Source: Pseudomonadota bacterium
GTDB taxonomy: Bacteria; Pseudomonadota; Alphaproteobacteria; CACIAM-22H2
Length of the DNA: 27,171 nucleotides
Direction: 5' to 3'
Assembly (NCBI GenBank): GCA_020161965.1
Contig: JAIUNH010000001.1
Span: 1 to 27,171, forward strand
Position numbers and translations under genes: made by a program. Shown in pieces: positions 8,859 to 17,253 of this stretch; positions within the stretch are counted from its first letter, which is position 1, and each line of letters starts with the position of its first letter. The notes under the pieces were generated by a model, which saw only the letters and a list, made by a program, of their open reading frames with translations, was not told the DNA's origin and ran no database searches.

Positions 8859-9481
8859 GTGCGGTACGGGCCCGTATCGAGGTGGACGAAGCCGCGCTTG
8901 CCGTAATTGCCGATGCCGCCGAACTTCTCGCGCCGCGCGACCGCAGCGATGGCGTTGGGCGAACGGCCGAACATCGTGACGTCGACCGCGCGTCCCAGCG
9001 TGTGCATCGAACGGCGCGCGGCGGTTTTCTCGACGCGGCGGATTTGGTTCTGCGAGCGCACGGTGCGATAGGCGGAAAGGATGCGCCAAGGTTCGTCGGC
9101 GTCGAGCCGATTGCTGACGCGCCACAGCGCATCGAGCAGCGGCACGTTGACGCGCGCATGCGCGCCCGTGCGATGGTCGCGCAAAATACGCGCGATCGCC
9201 TTGCCGGCCGCATCATCGATTTTGCCGTCGCGCCAATAGACGCCGTTCCAGGATTCGTTCGTGTTGACGTTGACGAAGGAAAGCCCGCGCGTCGCGGGCA
9301 AGCGCGCGGGTGCGGCTTCCGCGATGGAGGGTGCGAACGTCAACGCGGCGAAAGCCGCCCCGATACCGGCGAGCGCTGAGCGTCGCGGCACGACGGGCCC
9401 ATTTTGCGACGGATCGCCGCAAAACGAGCAGTCGCAACCCGTTTCGTCGTTTTCCGCCGGATCGAAGCAAGCGAAGCGCAT
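8846..9481 (-). CDS. ycbK: YcbK/DUF882 family (peptidase M15) Zn peptidase with a Tat signal
   Basis: RRSALAGIGAAFAAL signal, LRDHR, ILSAYR, H-x6-D (HTLGRAVD) and GFVHLDTG motifs. Start position is uncertain. Confidence 0.85.
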   Translation of the reverse strand: MRFACFDPAENDETGCDCSFCGDPSQNGPVVPRRSALAGIGAAFAALTFAPSIAEAAPARLPATRGLSFVNVNTNESWNGVYWRDGKIDDAAGKAIARILRDHRTGAHARVNVPLLDALWRVSNRLDADEPWRILSAYRTVRSQNQIRRVEKTAARRSMHTLGRAVDVTMFGRSPNAIAAVARREKFGGIGNYGKRGFVHLDTGPYRTWRR

Positions 9482-9593
9482 ATCAAATGTCTAGGGGGCG
9501 GACGCCCCGCAACGCCATACGGAAGCACACTTATTCGCCGTGCCGGCGGACGCCCGGGTTGCTTATGGGGCCCCGCACGCCTAGCTTTGCGCG

Positions 9594-11216
9594 ATGGAAT
9601 CACGGGCGCGAATTTTGCGGCTTGCCGGCTTGTCCGGGGCGGGGTTGAGCGGTGCCGCGGCGCGGCTTGCCGTTTTCGTCGCGCTCTATGTCGCGTCCGA
9701 TTGGATCAGCAATATCGATCCGCAAACACCGTTCGGCTTCACGCTTTGGAATCCGCCGGCCGCACTGGCGCTGTTCTTGGGGCTCGTTTGGCGCTGGCGC
9801 GCTTTGCCGGCTATCGCCATCTCCGCGGCGTTGTCGGGGATTATGATTCGCGGCTATGCGCTCGACTTGCATTCGGCTTGGGTGACGCCCGCCGTTCTGT
9901 CCTTCGGCTATGCGGCACTAGGCAACGCCCTCGCTTCGCGCCGCGATGCGGCCGCCCCCTTCGCCGAGCCGATGTCGGCACTCGCCTTCATGCTGCTGGC
10001 GATTTTCGGGGCGGGGGGCATCGCCGTCCTGCACGTCGGCGTGTTCGCGGCATTCGGCTTTCTCGATCCGTCGCAGCTGCTCGCGCTATCGACACGCTCG
10101 TGGATCGGCGACGCGACGGGCATCGCGGTCATGCTGCCCGTGCTGGTGCAATTCGGCGCCGTGCGCGCGGAGGAAGGCTGGCGCGATATCGCGACGGCCG
10201 ACACGTTCGGCGCCATCGCGGCGGCGGCCACACTCGCGGGCATCGCGATCTTGGGGCCGGGGGCGACGACCAATCTCGCCTATCTCGTCATTTTGCCGGT
10301 CGTCTGGGTCGCGGTGCGGCGCGGCCTGTCGGCCACGCTCGCCACGCTGTTCGCGATCCAATGCGCGATCATTCTGTTCATCGTCCAGGACGAAGCGGCC
10401 GATACCGCGTTCTCGGAATTCCAGGTGTTGATCGTCGTCGTCGCGATGACGGGGCTCATCCTGGGCACGGCGGTCGGACATATCCGCCGTTCGGCCGACG
10501 ATCTGGCGCGCGCGCGCGCCGAAGGCGATCGGTTGGCGCGACTGACCGCGGTCGGCGCGCTCGGCTCGGCTATCGCGCATGAATTGAGCCAGCCGCTTTT
10601 CGCAATCCGCACGGCCAGCCATGTGCTGATGCGCGGGTTGGAGCGCGCCGGCGGGACGGACGAAATGCTGCGCGCCGCGCGCACGATCGAAAGTCAGATC
10701 GAGCAGGCGAGTGCGCGTATTCGCGCGTTGCGCGCGGAGTTCCAAAGTGCGGGTCCGTTGCCCAGCGTGTTCGATCTGGTCGTCGCGGCGCGCCAAGCGG
10801 CGCGCATCGTCGATGGCGGCGCGGCCGTGGCGCGCGGCCAATTGACGGTCGAGGATTCGCCGCCGGTGCGCGTGCGCGCCGATCGCGCGCATGTCGCCTA
10901 TATCCTCGACAATCTGTTCCGCAACGCGCTGGCGGCGATCCGCACGCGCGGGGCCGGCGGGCGCGTGCGCGTGGTGTTCGGTGCCGCCGACGATATCGTG
11001 CGCGTCGAAGTCGTCGATAACGGCGTGGGCATCTCCGACGATCTCGCCGGGCGGCTGTTCGAACCGATGGTCACCGGCCGCCACGACGGCGTGGGTTTGG
11101 GACTGTTCATCGGCCGCACGCTCGCCGAACTCAACGACGGCGCCTTGTCGCATCGGGCGACGGACAATGGCGGCGCCACTTTCGTGTTGGAACTTCCCGC
11201 GGGTGCAAAGCAATGA
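9594..11216 (+). CDS. Membrane sensor histidine kinase with a MASE1-like multi-TM N-terminus
   Basis: About 8 hydrophobic segments including WNPPAALAL, then H-box AHELSQPL, N-box NLFRNAL, G1 DNGVG and G2 GVGLGL. Confidence 0.88.
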   Translation: MESRARILRLAGLSGAGLSGAAARLAVFVALYVASDWISNIDPQTPFGFTLWNPPAALALFLGLVWRWRALPAIAISAALSGIMIRGYALDLHSAWVTPAVLSFGYAALGNALASRRDAAAPFAEPMSALAFMLLAIFGAGGIAVLHVGVFAAFGFLDPSQLLALSTRSWIGDATGIAVMLPVLVQFGAVRAEEGWRDIATADTFGAIAAAATLAGIAILGPGATTNLAYLVILPVVWVAVRRGLSATLATLFAIQCAIILFIVQDEAADTAFSEFQVLIVVVAMTGLILGTAVGHIRRSADDLARARAEGDRLARLTAVGALGSAIAHELSQPLFAIRTASHVLMRGLERAGGTDEMLRAARTIESQIEQASARIRALRAEFQSAGPLPSVFDLVVAARQAARIVDGGAAVARGQLTVEDSPPVRVRADRAHVAYILDNLFRNALAAIRTRGAGGRVRVVFGAADDIVRVEVVDNGVGISDDLAGRLFEPMVTGRHDGVGLGLFIGRTLAELNDGALSHRATDNGGATFVLELPAGAKQ

Positions 11217-11857
11217 CCGACAATTCATCTGCCGCGGCCCCTGGGGCGGCGCCCCATGTCGCCATCGTCGACGACGATCCCGCGTTGCGCGACACGCTGA
11301 CGATGCTGTTCGAGACATCGGGCTATCGCGTCAGCACGCTCGAGTCCGTGGAAGCGCTGCTCGACAATCCCGAAGCGCTGGGGGCCGCCTGCCTGGTGCT
11401 CGACCACACTTTGCCGGGCAAACAAGGCGTCGATGCGCTGGAAACGTTGCGCGAACGCGGACCCTTGCCCGCGATCGTCGTCTTGACCGGTTTCGGGACG
11501 ATTCCGCTGGCCGTGCGGGCGGTACGCAGCGGTGCATTCGAATTCCTGGAGAAGCCGGTCGAGCCCGACGTCCTGCTCGACGTCGTGGCGCGCGCGGTAA
11601 GCCATTCGCAGGCGCGCGGCGAGGCGGCGGCCGTGGAGGCCGAGGCGCGCGAACGTCTTGCCGGGTTGACGCCGCGCGAACGCGAAGTGCTGGCCCATAT
11701 GCTGGGCGGCGCTCCCAGCAAGGCGATCGCGGCGAAGCTCGATATCAGCCCGCGTACAGTTGAAATCCATCGCGGCCGGGTGATGGATAAGCTCGGCTGC
11801 CGGGGCCCCGTGGAGCTGTTCCGGCGCTATGCCGACCTAATCTCCACGGAGGCGTAG
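11213..11857 (+). CDS. FixJ/TodT-type response regulator (REC plus LuxR HTH)
   Basis: IVDDD, phospho-acceptor Asp in LVLDHTLPG, TG, FLEKP, and LTPREREVL...K.IA..LDISPRTVEIHR. ATGA overlap with the kinase. Confidence 0.93.
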   Translation: MTDNSSAAAPGAAPHVAIVDDDPALRDTLTMLFETSGYRVSTLESVEALLDNPEALGAACLVLDHTLPGKQGVDALETLRERGPLPAIVVLTGFGTIPLAVRAVRSGAFEFLEKPVEPDVLLDVVARAVSHSQARGEAAAVEAEARERLAGLTPREREVLAHMLGGAPSKAIAAKLDISPRTVEIHRGRVMDKLGCRGPVELFRRYADLISTEA

Positions 11858-11939
11858 GTAGACACTCGTATTGCGGGAATGGCCCCGATCGGCGGAAGTG
11901 CATACCCAGACGACACACCACTGGCCTGGGAAAGCGAAC

Positions 11940-12431
11940 ATGCTCTATCTGAACCGCCGTGCTCTCGCGGCCATCGACGCCCTGATCGTTCTCGCCCGCG
12001 CGCCGGCACCTGGCCGGATGCAACGGTCCGAAATTCAGGCCCGTTTGGGTCTCACCGATCGCTCGTTCGAAAGCGCGCTGTTCGAGCTCGTGAAGGCCGG
12101 CATGGTCGAATCGCGCCGCGGTGTTGGCGGCGGTTACCGCCTGTCGCGCCCGGTCGAGGAATTGACCGTGATGTCCGTGCTGCAAGCCTTGGGCGAAACC
12201 GGCCGTCCCGCGACCGAAGGCGGCGAAGTGCCGGAAGGTGCCGCCAATGTTCCGGCGATCCGCCGTCTGCAGCGCGATTTCTGGAACGGCGTCGAGGCGA
12301 AGGTCGTCGAGATGCTGTCGCGCACCACGCTGGGCGATATCCTCGAAAACGAGGACGCGCTGACGCAGGACGCGGCGCCGGAGACGGCCGAGCGCGTCCG
12401 CGAGCACGCGGACGCAATTCAAGGCGCCTAA
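11940..12431 (+). CDS. Rrf2-family transcriptional regulator lacking cysteines
   Basis: EI..RLGL..R..E..L..LVKAGMVESRRGVGGGYRLSRP.EE.TV..VL winged HTH. ATG at 11940 is preferred over 11871. Confidence 0.85.
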   Translation: MLYLNRRALAAIDALIVLARAPAPGRMQRSEIQARLGLTDRSFESALFELVKAGMVESRRGVGGGYRLSRPVEELTVMSVLQALGETGRPATEGGEVPEGAANVPAIRRLQRDFWNGVEAKVVEMLSRTTLGDILENEDALTQDAAPETAERVREHADAIQGA

Positions 12432-13171
12432 TCCACGTCCTTGCCGCCCAGCCGGGCGGCGAGCGCGGACGAAAGTCCGTTGCTCGCGATAGCCGGTACC
12501 GTGCCCATCGCGGTGCCGGCTTTCGCTTTTTGAGAGATGGACGCTTTTTGGAGGGCGTGTAGCGACGCCGCCAGCGGATCGACGATCGCGATCTTCGTGC
12601 ACGCACGGATCGGTGTGGCGAGCCCCGCAAGCCCCGCACCGCCCAGGATTACGCACTCGGCGCCGTCTTTCGCGGCACTATCCTCGATCGCTTCGACCAG
12701 CGATGCGATCGCTGCGTCGGGATCGGCGGCGATCTCCGCCCCCGAAGGCGCCACGGTGCGGATCCCGGCCAGGGCTTTGTCTTTGCCGGACGCCGCTAAA
12801 ATCTCGCGCAACATGCCGTCCCACAACGCGCCGCCGGTGACGATCGCGTAGCGCTTGCCGCCGGTCGCGTCGACCGCCGCATCGAGCATGCCGACGACCG
12901 GTTTGGTCGATAGCTCGCGAAGGGCGCCGAGACCCGGATCGCCGAAACAGGCGAGCAGCGTGCCGTCGATCGTCGCATCGTGTTTCGCCCACGCGTCGAG
13001 TGCGGCGTGTGCGGCGATCGCGTAGCCCGCGCGCGTGACGATGTATTTGGCGCCGAAGGCGCCGGTCGCGGGCACGATCTCGTCGCCGGGTGCTGCAAGT
13101 TTGCGCGCCTCGCGCGCGACCAGATCGGTGATCGCCGGCGTCGTATTCGGATTCAGCAGCAGGATACGCAT
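12428..13171 (-). CDS. Asp/Glu/hydantoin (allantoin) racemase-family protein A
   Basis: MRILLLNPNT, LACFGDPG, PVVGM, VILGGAGLAG. The second catalytic Cys position is Gly. Confidence 0.88.
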   Translation of the reverse strand: MRILLLNPNTTPAITDLVAREARKLAAPGDEIVPATGAFGAKYIVTRAGYAIAAHAALDAWAKHDATIDGTLLACFGDPGLGALRELSTKPVVGMLDAAVDATGGKRYAIVTGGALWDGMLREILAASGKDKALAGIRTVAPSGAEIAADPDAAIASLVEAIEDSAAKDGAECVILGGAGLAGLATPIRACTKIAIVDPLAASLHALQKASISQKAKAGTAMGTVPAIASNGLSSALAARLGGKDVD

Positions 13172-13180
13172 GTCGTCCCG

Positions 13181-13927
13181 TCAGGGCATGATTTCGCCGC
13201 CATTGGGATGCAGCAGCTGGCCGCAGAAATAGCGCGATTCCGCCGAAGCGAGAAACACGAAGCTGGGCGTCATATCGCCGGGCGTGCCCAGGCGCTTCAA
13301 GGGCAGGGCGGCGGCGTGGTCACGCTTGGCCTTTTCGGGCAGCGGGTCGAAGCCGGTATCGACCAGCCCCGGCGACACGCCGTTCACCAGGATGCCGAAC
13401 GGCGCCATTTCTTTGGCGAGCGCCCGCGTGAAGCCGATCAAGCCAGCCTTGGCGGCGGAATAAGCCGTGTAGTCGCCGCGCCCGATATAGCCAAGCTGCG
13501 AGCACACGGTGATGATGCGCCCCGATTTGCGCGGCTTCATCGCCTTGGCGGCGGCGCGCCCGCACAGGAACGCGCCGCGCAGATGAACGGCGATCATGCG
13601 GTCCCAATCGGCGACCGACATCTTGTCGATCGGCTGCGATTTTTGGATGCCGGCGTTGTTGACCAACACGTCCAGGCGGCCGAAATACTTCTTATGCGCG
13701 GCGAACAGCGCATCGACTTGGCGCTCGTCGGTCACGTCGGCACGCACGGCAATGGCCTTGCGGCCTAGTTTGACGATCGCTTTGACGGTTGCTTCGGCGG
13801 CGCGCGGATTGTCGAACCAGGCGATCGTCACGTCGGCACCCTCGCGCGCATAGGCCAAGGCGACGGCGCGGCCGATCCCCGTATTGCCGCCGGTCACCAG
13901 CGTCTTCAACCCCGTCAAACGACCCAT
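13181..13927 (-). CDS. Classical short-chain dehydrogenase/reductase (FabG-like fold)
   Basis: TGGNTGIG, NNAG, YSAAK, VNGVSPG. ATG at 13927 has a strong GGAGGAG SD. Confidence 0.92.
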   Translation of the reverse strand: MGRLTGLKTLVTGGNTGIGRAVALAYAREGADVTIAWFDNPRAAEATVKAIVKLGRKAIAVRADVTDERQVDALFAAHKKYFGRLDVLVNNAGIQKSQPIDKMSVADWDRMIAVHLRGAFLCGRAAAKAMKPRKSGRIITVCSQLGYIGRGDYTAYSAAKAGLIGFTRALAKEMAPFGILVNGVSPGLVDTGFDPLPEKAKRDHAAALPLKRLGTPGDMTPSFVFLASAESRYFCGQLLHPNGGEIMP

Positions 13928-14050
13928 CGCGCGTACTCCTCCACAAAAGGGGTCGATATCAGCAAAAACGGGGCCGGTTTTCATCCCTCTTGCGGGGTAT
14001 CGCGATCCTCGGCACTTTGGCCGCAACTCATTCCAAGGGGCTTCGACGCC

Positions 14051-14791
14051 ATGCGCCTGCTGCTGATCAACGCGAATACGTCCGATTTCGTCACCTCGAA
14101 GGTCCGCGCGGCGGCGCAGGCTTGCGCGTCGCCGGGCACGATTATCGAAGCGGTGACCGGTAATTTCGGCGGCCGCGTGATCGGCTCGCGCACCGAAAAC
14201 GCGATCGGCGAGCATTCGGCCGTCGATCTGGCGGCCAAACATGCGCCCGGCATGGATGGCGTGTTGATCGCCGTTTCCTACGACACCGGCGCCAAGGCGC
14301 TGCGTGAAATGCTGGATGTGCCCGTGCTTGGCATGACCGAAGCCGCGTTGCACGCCGCGACGATTTTGGGCGGGCGCGTGGGGATGATCGTGTTCGGGCC
14401 GCGTGTGCTGGGGCTTTATCGCGACGTGATCGACGCGACCGGCCTTGCGGGCAAGATCGGCGGCTGGCGCGCGATCGACAATTCGAAGCCCTATGCGCCC
14501 GGCGACCAGACGGAAGTCGAAGACCAGATCGTCGCGGCCTGCGACGATTTGATCGCCAAGGATTGGGTCGAGGCGATCGTGCTGACCGGTGCGGTCATGG
14601 CCGGCGTGCCCGCGCGCATCCAGCATCGCGTGGCGGTCCCCGTGCTCGACGGCATCACCACCGGCGTGCCGATGCTTGAAGCCTTCGTGAAGTTCAAACC
14701 CGCCAAGCCGCGCACCGGCAGCTTCGCGCCGATCACGGGTCGCGAGGCGGTCAATGTCGATCCGGCCCTGATCGCCAAGCTGAAGGGCTGA
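14051..14791 (+). CDS. Asp/Glu/hydantoin racemase-family protein B
   Basis: MRLLLINANT, IAVSYDTG, PVLGMTEAA, IVLTGAVMAG, VPVLDG. Neither canonical catalytic Cys is present. Confidence 0.85.
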   Translation: MRLLLINANTSDFVTSKVRAAAQACASPGTIIEAVTGNFGGRVIGSRTENAIGEHSAVDLAAKHAPGMDGVLIAVSYDTGAKALREMLDVPVLGMTEAALHAATILGGRVGMIVFGPRVLGLYRDVIDATGLAGKIGGWRAIDNSKPYAPGDQTEVEDQIVAACDDLIAKDWVEAIVLTGAVMAGVPARIQHRVAVPVLDGITTGVPMLEAFVKFKPAKPRTGSFAPITGREAVNVDPALIAKLKG

Positions 14792-14795
14792 TTTC

Positions 14796-15662
14796 GTGAT
14801 CGTCGTTTTCGGCTCGATCAATATCGACTTCCTGCTGCGCGTCGCGCGATTGCCGGGCGAAGGCGAAACCGTTGCGGGGCAAGACGTCGCTTTGGCGCCG
14901 GGCGGGAAGGGCGCCAATCAAGCGCTCGCCGCGCGCAAGGCGGGAGCGGCGGTGCGCTTGATCGGCGCCGCCGGCAACGACGCGTTCGCGGATTTGGCGC
15001 TCGCCAATCTCGTCGCCTCTGGCGTCGATCTGTCGGGCTTACGCCGTGCCAAGCGGCCGACCGGGGCGGCGTTCATCACCATCGACGATGCCGGGCGCAA
15101 TCACATCGTGCTATCGCCGGGCGCCAATCAAGAAGCGCGCGCCGCCGATTTCACGCCCGTCGCGGGCGGCATTCTGCTGGTGCAGCGCGAACTGCCCGAA
15201 GGCGAAACGCTGGCGGCACTGCGCAAAGCCAAAGATGCGAGCATGACGACGATCGTCAACGCAGCGCCCTCGGCCGGGTTTGCGGCCACGATGCGCGATC
15301 TCGCGGATATCGTCATCGCCAACGAACACGAAATCGCCGATGTCGCGGGCCGCGTCGATACGCCCGAAGCGCTCGCCGTCGAACTCGCCAAGACCGGCAA
15401 GACGATTGTGCTCACACTCGGCGCCGAAGGTGCCCTTGCCGCCAAGGGCGGTCAAATGTGGCGCGCCCCTGCCAGCAAGGTGAACGTCGTCGACACGACC
15501 GGGGCGGGCGACACGTTCTGCGGCGCATTCGCGGCGGCCTTGGACGAAGGCAAGGATATCGGTGCTGCGTTGGCTTTCGCGGCGGCTGCCGGATCGCTTG
15601 CCTGCACGGGGCTGGGCGCGCAGAGCGCCACGCCCGATCGGGCCGCTATTTTGAAAGCGTGA
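14796..15662 (+). CDS. rbsK: Ribokinase (PfkB family)
   Basis: GSINID, PGGKGANQA, QRE, NAAP, NEHE and DTTGAGDTF motifs. GTG start 4 nt after the racemase B stop. Confidence 0.78.
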   Translation: MIVVFGSINIDFLLRVARLPGEGETVAGQDVALAPGGKGANQALAARKAGAAVRLIGAAGNDAFADLALANLVASGVDLSGLRRAKRPTGAAFITIDDAGRNHIVLSPGANQEARAADFTPVAGGILLVQRELPEGETLAALRKAKDASMTTIVNAAPSAGFAATMRDLADIVIANEHEIADVAGRVDTPEALAVELAKTGKTIVLTLGAEGALAAKGGQMWRAPASKVNVVDTTGAGDTFCGAFAAALDEGKDIGAALAFAAAAGSLACTGLGAQSATPDRAAILKA

Positions 15663-16323
15663 TTTGGTGGCGGTAGATGCCGGCCGGTTCCGCACCGACG
15701 GCACCGAGTTTCGCCAGCGTGGCGGGCGATAGGATATCGCGCACGGTCTTGGCGAATTCGGGGATGTCGCCCCAGCCTTCGACCAGCAGCGCTACGCGCG
15801 GCCGCGCGTTCGACGTGCCGCGCGCTTTCTCCTCCGCATTCACCTCGCCGCTCGCCGCTTCATCGGCGATGATCGCAGCAAGTGCGGCGATCCCCGGTGT
15901 CGCCATCAGCCGATCGAACAAGGGGGCGAGCGACGCGACATGTGCCGCCTCGCCGCCGGGTGCGGTGTTGTAGCGCAACGTCGCCAGCAAACCGCCATCG
16001 GCCGCCCCGCGATTGACCGCCACGCCGCAAAGCGAGCGTGCAACGTTGCGGAAATGCTGGACGGCTTTCAGCGTCCACGGCGTGGGCGAATTCAACCGCG
16101 CGCGATAATCGGGGCCCGCGACGACGCCGGCGTCGCGCGTTTCATAGATATTGAAAAAACCGAGATCGGCGTCGAGGGCTGCAAAGCGCCGCCCGCGCAC
16201 GAAGCCGGGGATCGCGACGCGCTCGGGCATGTGCTCGCCGCCATGCCACGCGTAGAAATCGGCGAGACCTTCGGGAACGATATCGTGCCAGATTGCGACG
16301 GCACCATTGCCTTGCAAACTCAT
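15646..16323 (-). CDS. Hypothetical dimeric alpha/beta-barrel protein (DUF4286/EthD-like)
   Basis: W.DI....ADFYAWH..EHMPERVAIPGF..GRRF pattern. ATG overlaps the DHDPS-family stop (ATGA). Confidence 0.7.
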   Translation of the reverse strand: MSLQGNGAVAIWHDIVPEGLADFYAWHGGEHMPERVAIPGFVRGRRFAALDADLGFFNIYETRDAGVVAGPDYRARLNSPTPWTLKAVQHFRNVARSLCGVAVNRGAADGGLLATLRYNTAPGGEAAHVASLAPLFDRLMATPGIAALAAIIADEAASGEVNAEEKARGTSNARPRVALLVEGWGDIPEFAKTVRDILSPATLAKLGAVGAEPAGIYRHQITLSK

Positions 16324-17243
16324 CCGATCAGTCCTTGTTTGCGGCACAAGGCCGCGATTTCGGCGCGCTCGGCGTCGGAGATGCCAAGCTGCGGTTCGCG
16401 CACGGCCGCACTGGGGAAGATGCCTTGCAGGCGCAGCACTTCCTTCATGCGTGGGCGGAAATCGCGGATCGGGGCGCGCCAGCAATAGCGCGCGATGGGG
16501 CCGAGCTTGTCCCAGATCGCTTTCGCCTTCGCGAGTTCGCCGGCCCGGCAAGCATGGATCATCGCCCGGAGTTCGGCGGTCGCGGTGCCGGCGAAACCGA
16601 TCAACGCACCGTCGCAGCCCATCAACTGCGCTTCGAAGATGAACGTGTCGCTGCCGGTCAGCACGCCGATTTTGCGCGGCAGCTTAGCGACGGCCTCGAC
16701 CGCTTGGAGCGTTTGCGTCGCGTCGAAGGAGGATTCCTTCATCGCGATCAGTTGCGGGATTTCCGCCATCGCCTGCAGAATATCCGGCGTGTAGTCCGGG
16801 CCCCAGCCTTTGGGGAATTGGAAGCAGATGATCGGCAGGCCGGCCGCGTCGGCGATCGCGCGGTGATAGCGCACGATCATGTCGGCGGGGACGGGCGCGC
16901 CCGAGAAAGTCGGGAAGGCCGGGAACACCGCGAAGCCCTCGGCGCCGTTCTTGGCGAGCTTCTCGGCTTTCGCGGCTGCCGCCTTTGTCGAACCGCCGCC
17001 GGCCCCCGACAGGAACGGCACGCGCTTGGCGATGGCCCGCGAACAGACGCGCGCGACTTCGTAGATTTCGTTGTCGTCGAGCGAGACGACTTCGGACGCA
17101 TCCATGTTCATGACGATCGCGTCGGGTTTTTGGCCCGCGATCCAATCCATGTAGCGTTCGAGGGTCGCCCAATCGATCGACTGGTCGTCTTTCATCGGCA
17201 GGAAGGGGGCCGCGATCAGGCCGGAGAAGGGCCGGGGGAGCAT
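16320..17243 (-). CDS. Dihydrodipicolinate synthase/N-acetylneuraminate lyase family protein with an atypical active site
   Basis: G.IAAPFLPM.DD.SID, RVP.LSGAGG.ST, Schiff-base Lys in AMKESS, VLTGSD, G.DGALIG, KEVL.LQG, VREP. Confidence 0.88.
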   Translation of the reverse strand: MLPRPFSGLIAAPFLPMKDDQSIDWATLERYMDWIAGQKPDAIVMNMDASEVVSLDDNEIYEVARVCSRAIAKRVPFLSGAGGGSTKAAAAKAEKLAKNGAEGFAVFPAFPTFSGAPVPADMIVRYHRAIADAAGLPIICFQFPKGWGPDYTPDILQAMAEIPQLIAMKESSFDATQTLQAVEAVAKLPRKIGVLTGSDTFIFEAQLMGCDGALIGFAGTATAELRAMIHACRAGELAKAKAIWDKLGPIARYCWRAPIRDFRPRMKEVLRLQGIFPSAAVREPQLGISDAERAEIAALCRKQGLIG

Positions 17244-17253
17244 GATGCTTGCC

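Noticed and set aside
9594-11857. Annotation as fixLJ
   Set aside because: The kinase lacks the heme-PAS domain and has a multi-TM sensor instead.
11940-12431. Annotation as iscR, nsrR or rirA
   Set aside because: No cysteines for an Fe-S cluster and no isc/suf genes nearby.
13965-13981. AAAAC-N7-GTTTT dyad in the SDR/racemase B promoter
   Set aside because: Only 5 bp of symmetry, no second copy and no adjacent regulator.
13928-14917. Long N-terminal extension of the SDR in the 578-aa ORF call
   Set aside because: It overlaps racemase B on the other strand. The real start is ATG 13927 with a GGAGGAG SD. The same reasoning was used to trim the ORF-track starts at 1131, 2207, 2785, 6111, 9125, 11871, 16551, 19081, 20462, 23676, 23774 and 25300.
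16320-17243. Annotation as dapA
   Set aside because: The GTTGE loop and the catalytic Tyr residues are absent, and the context is catabolic.
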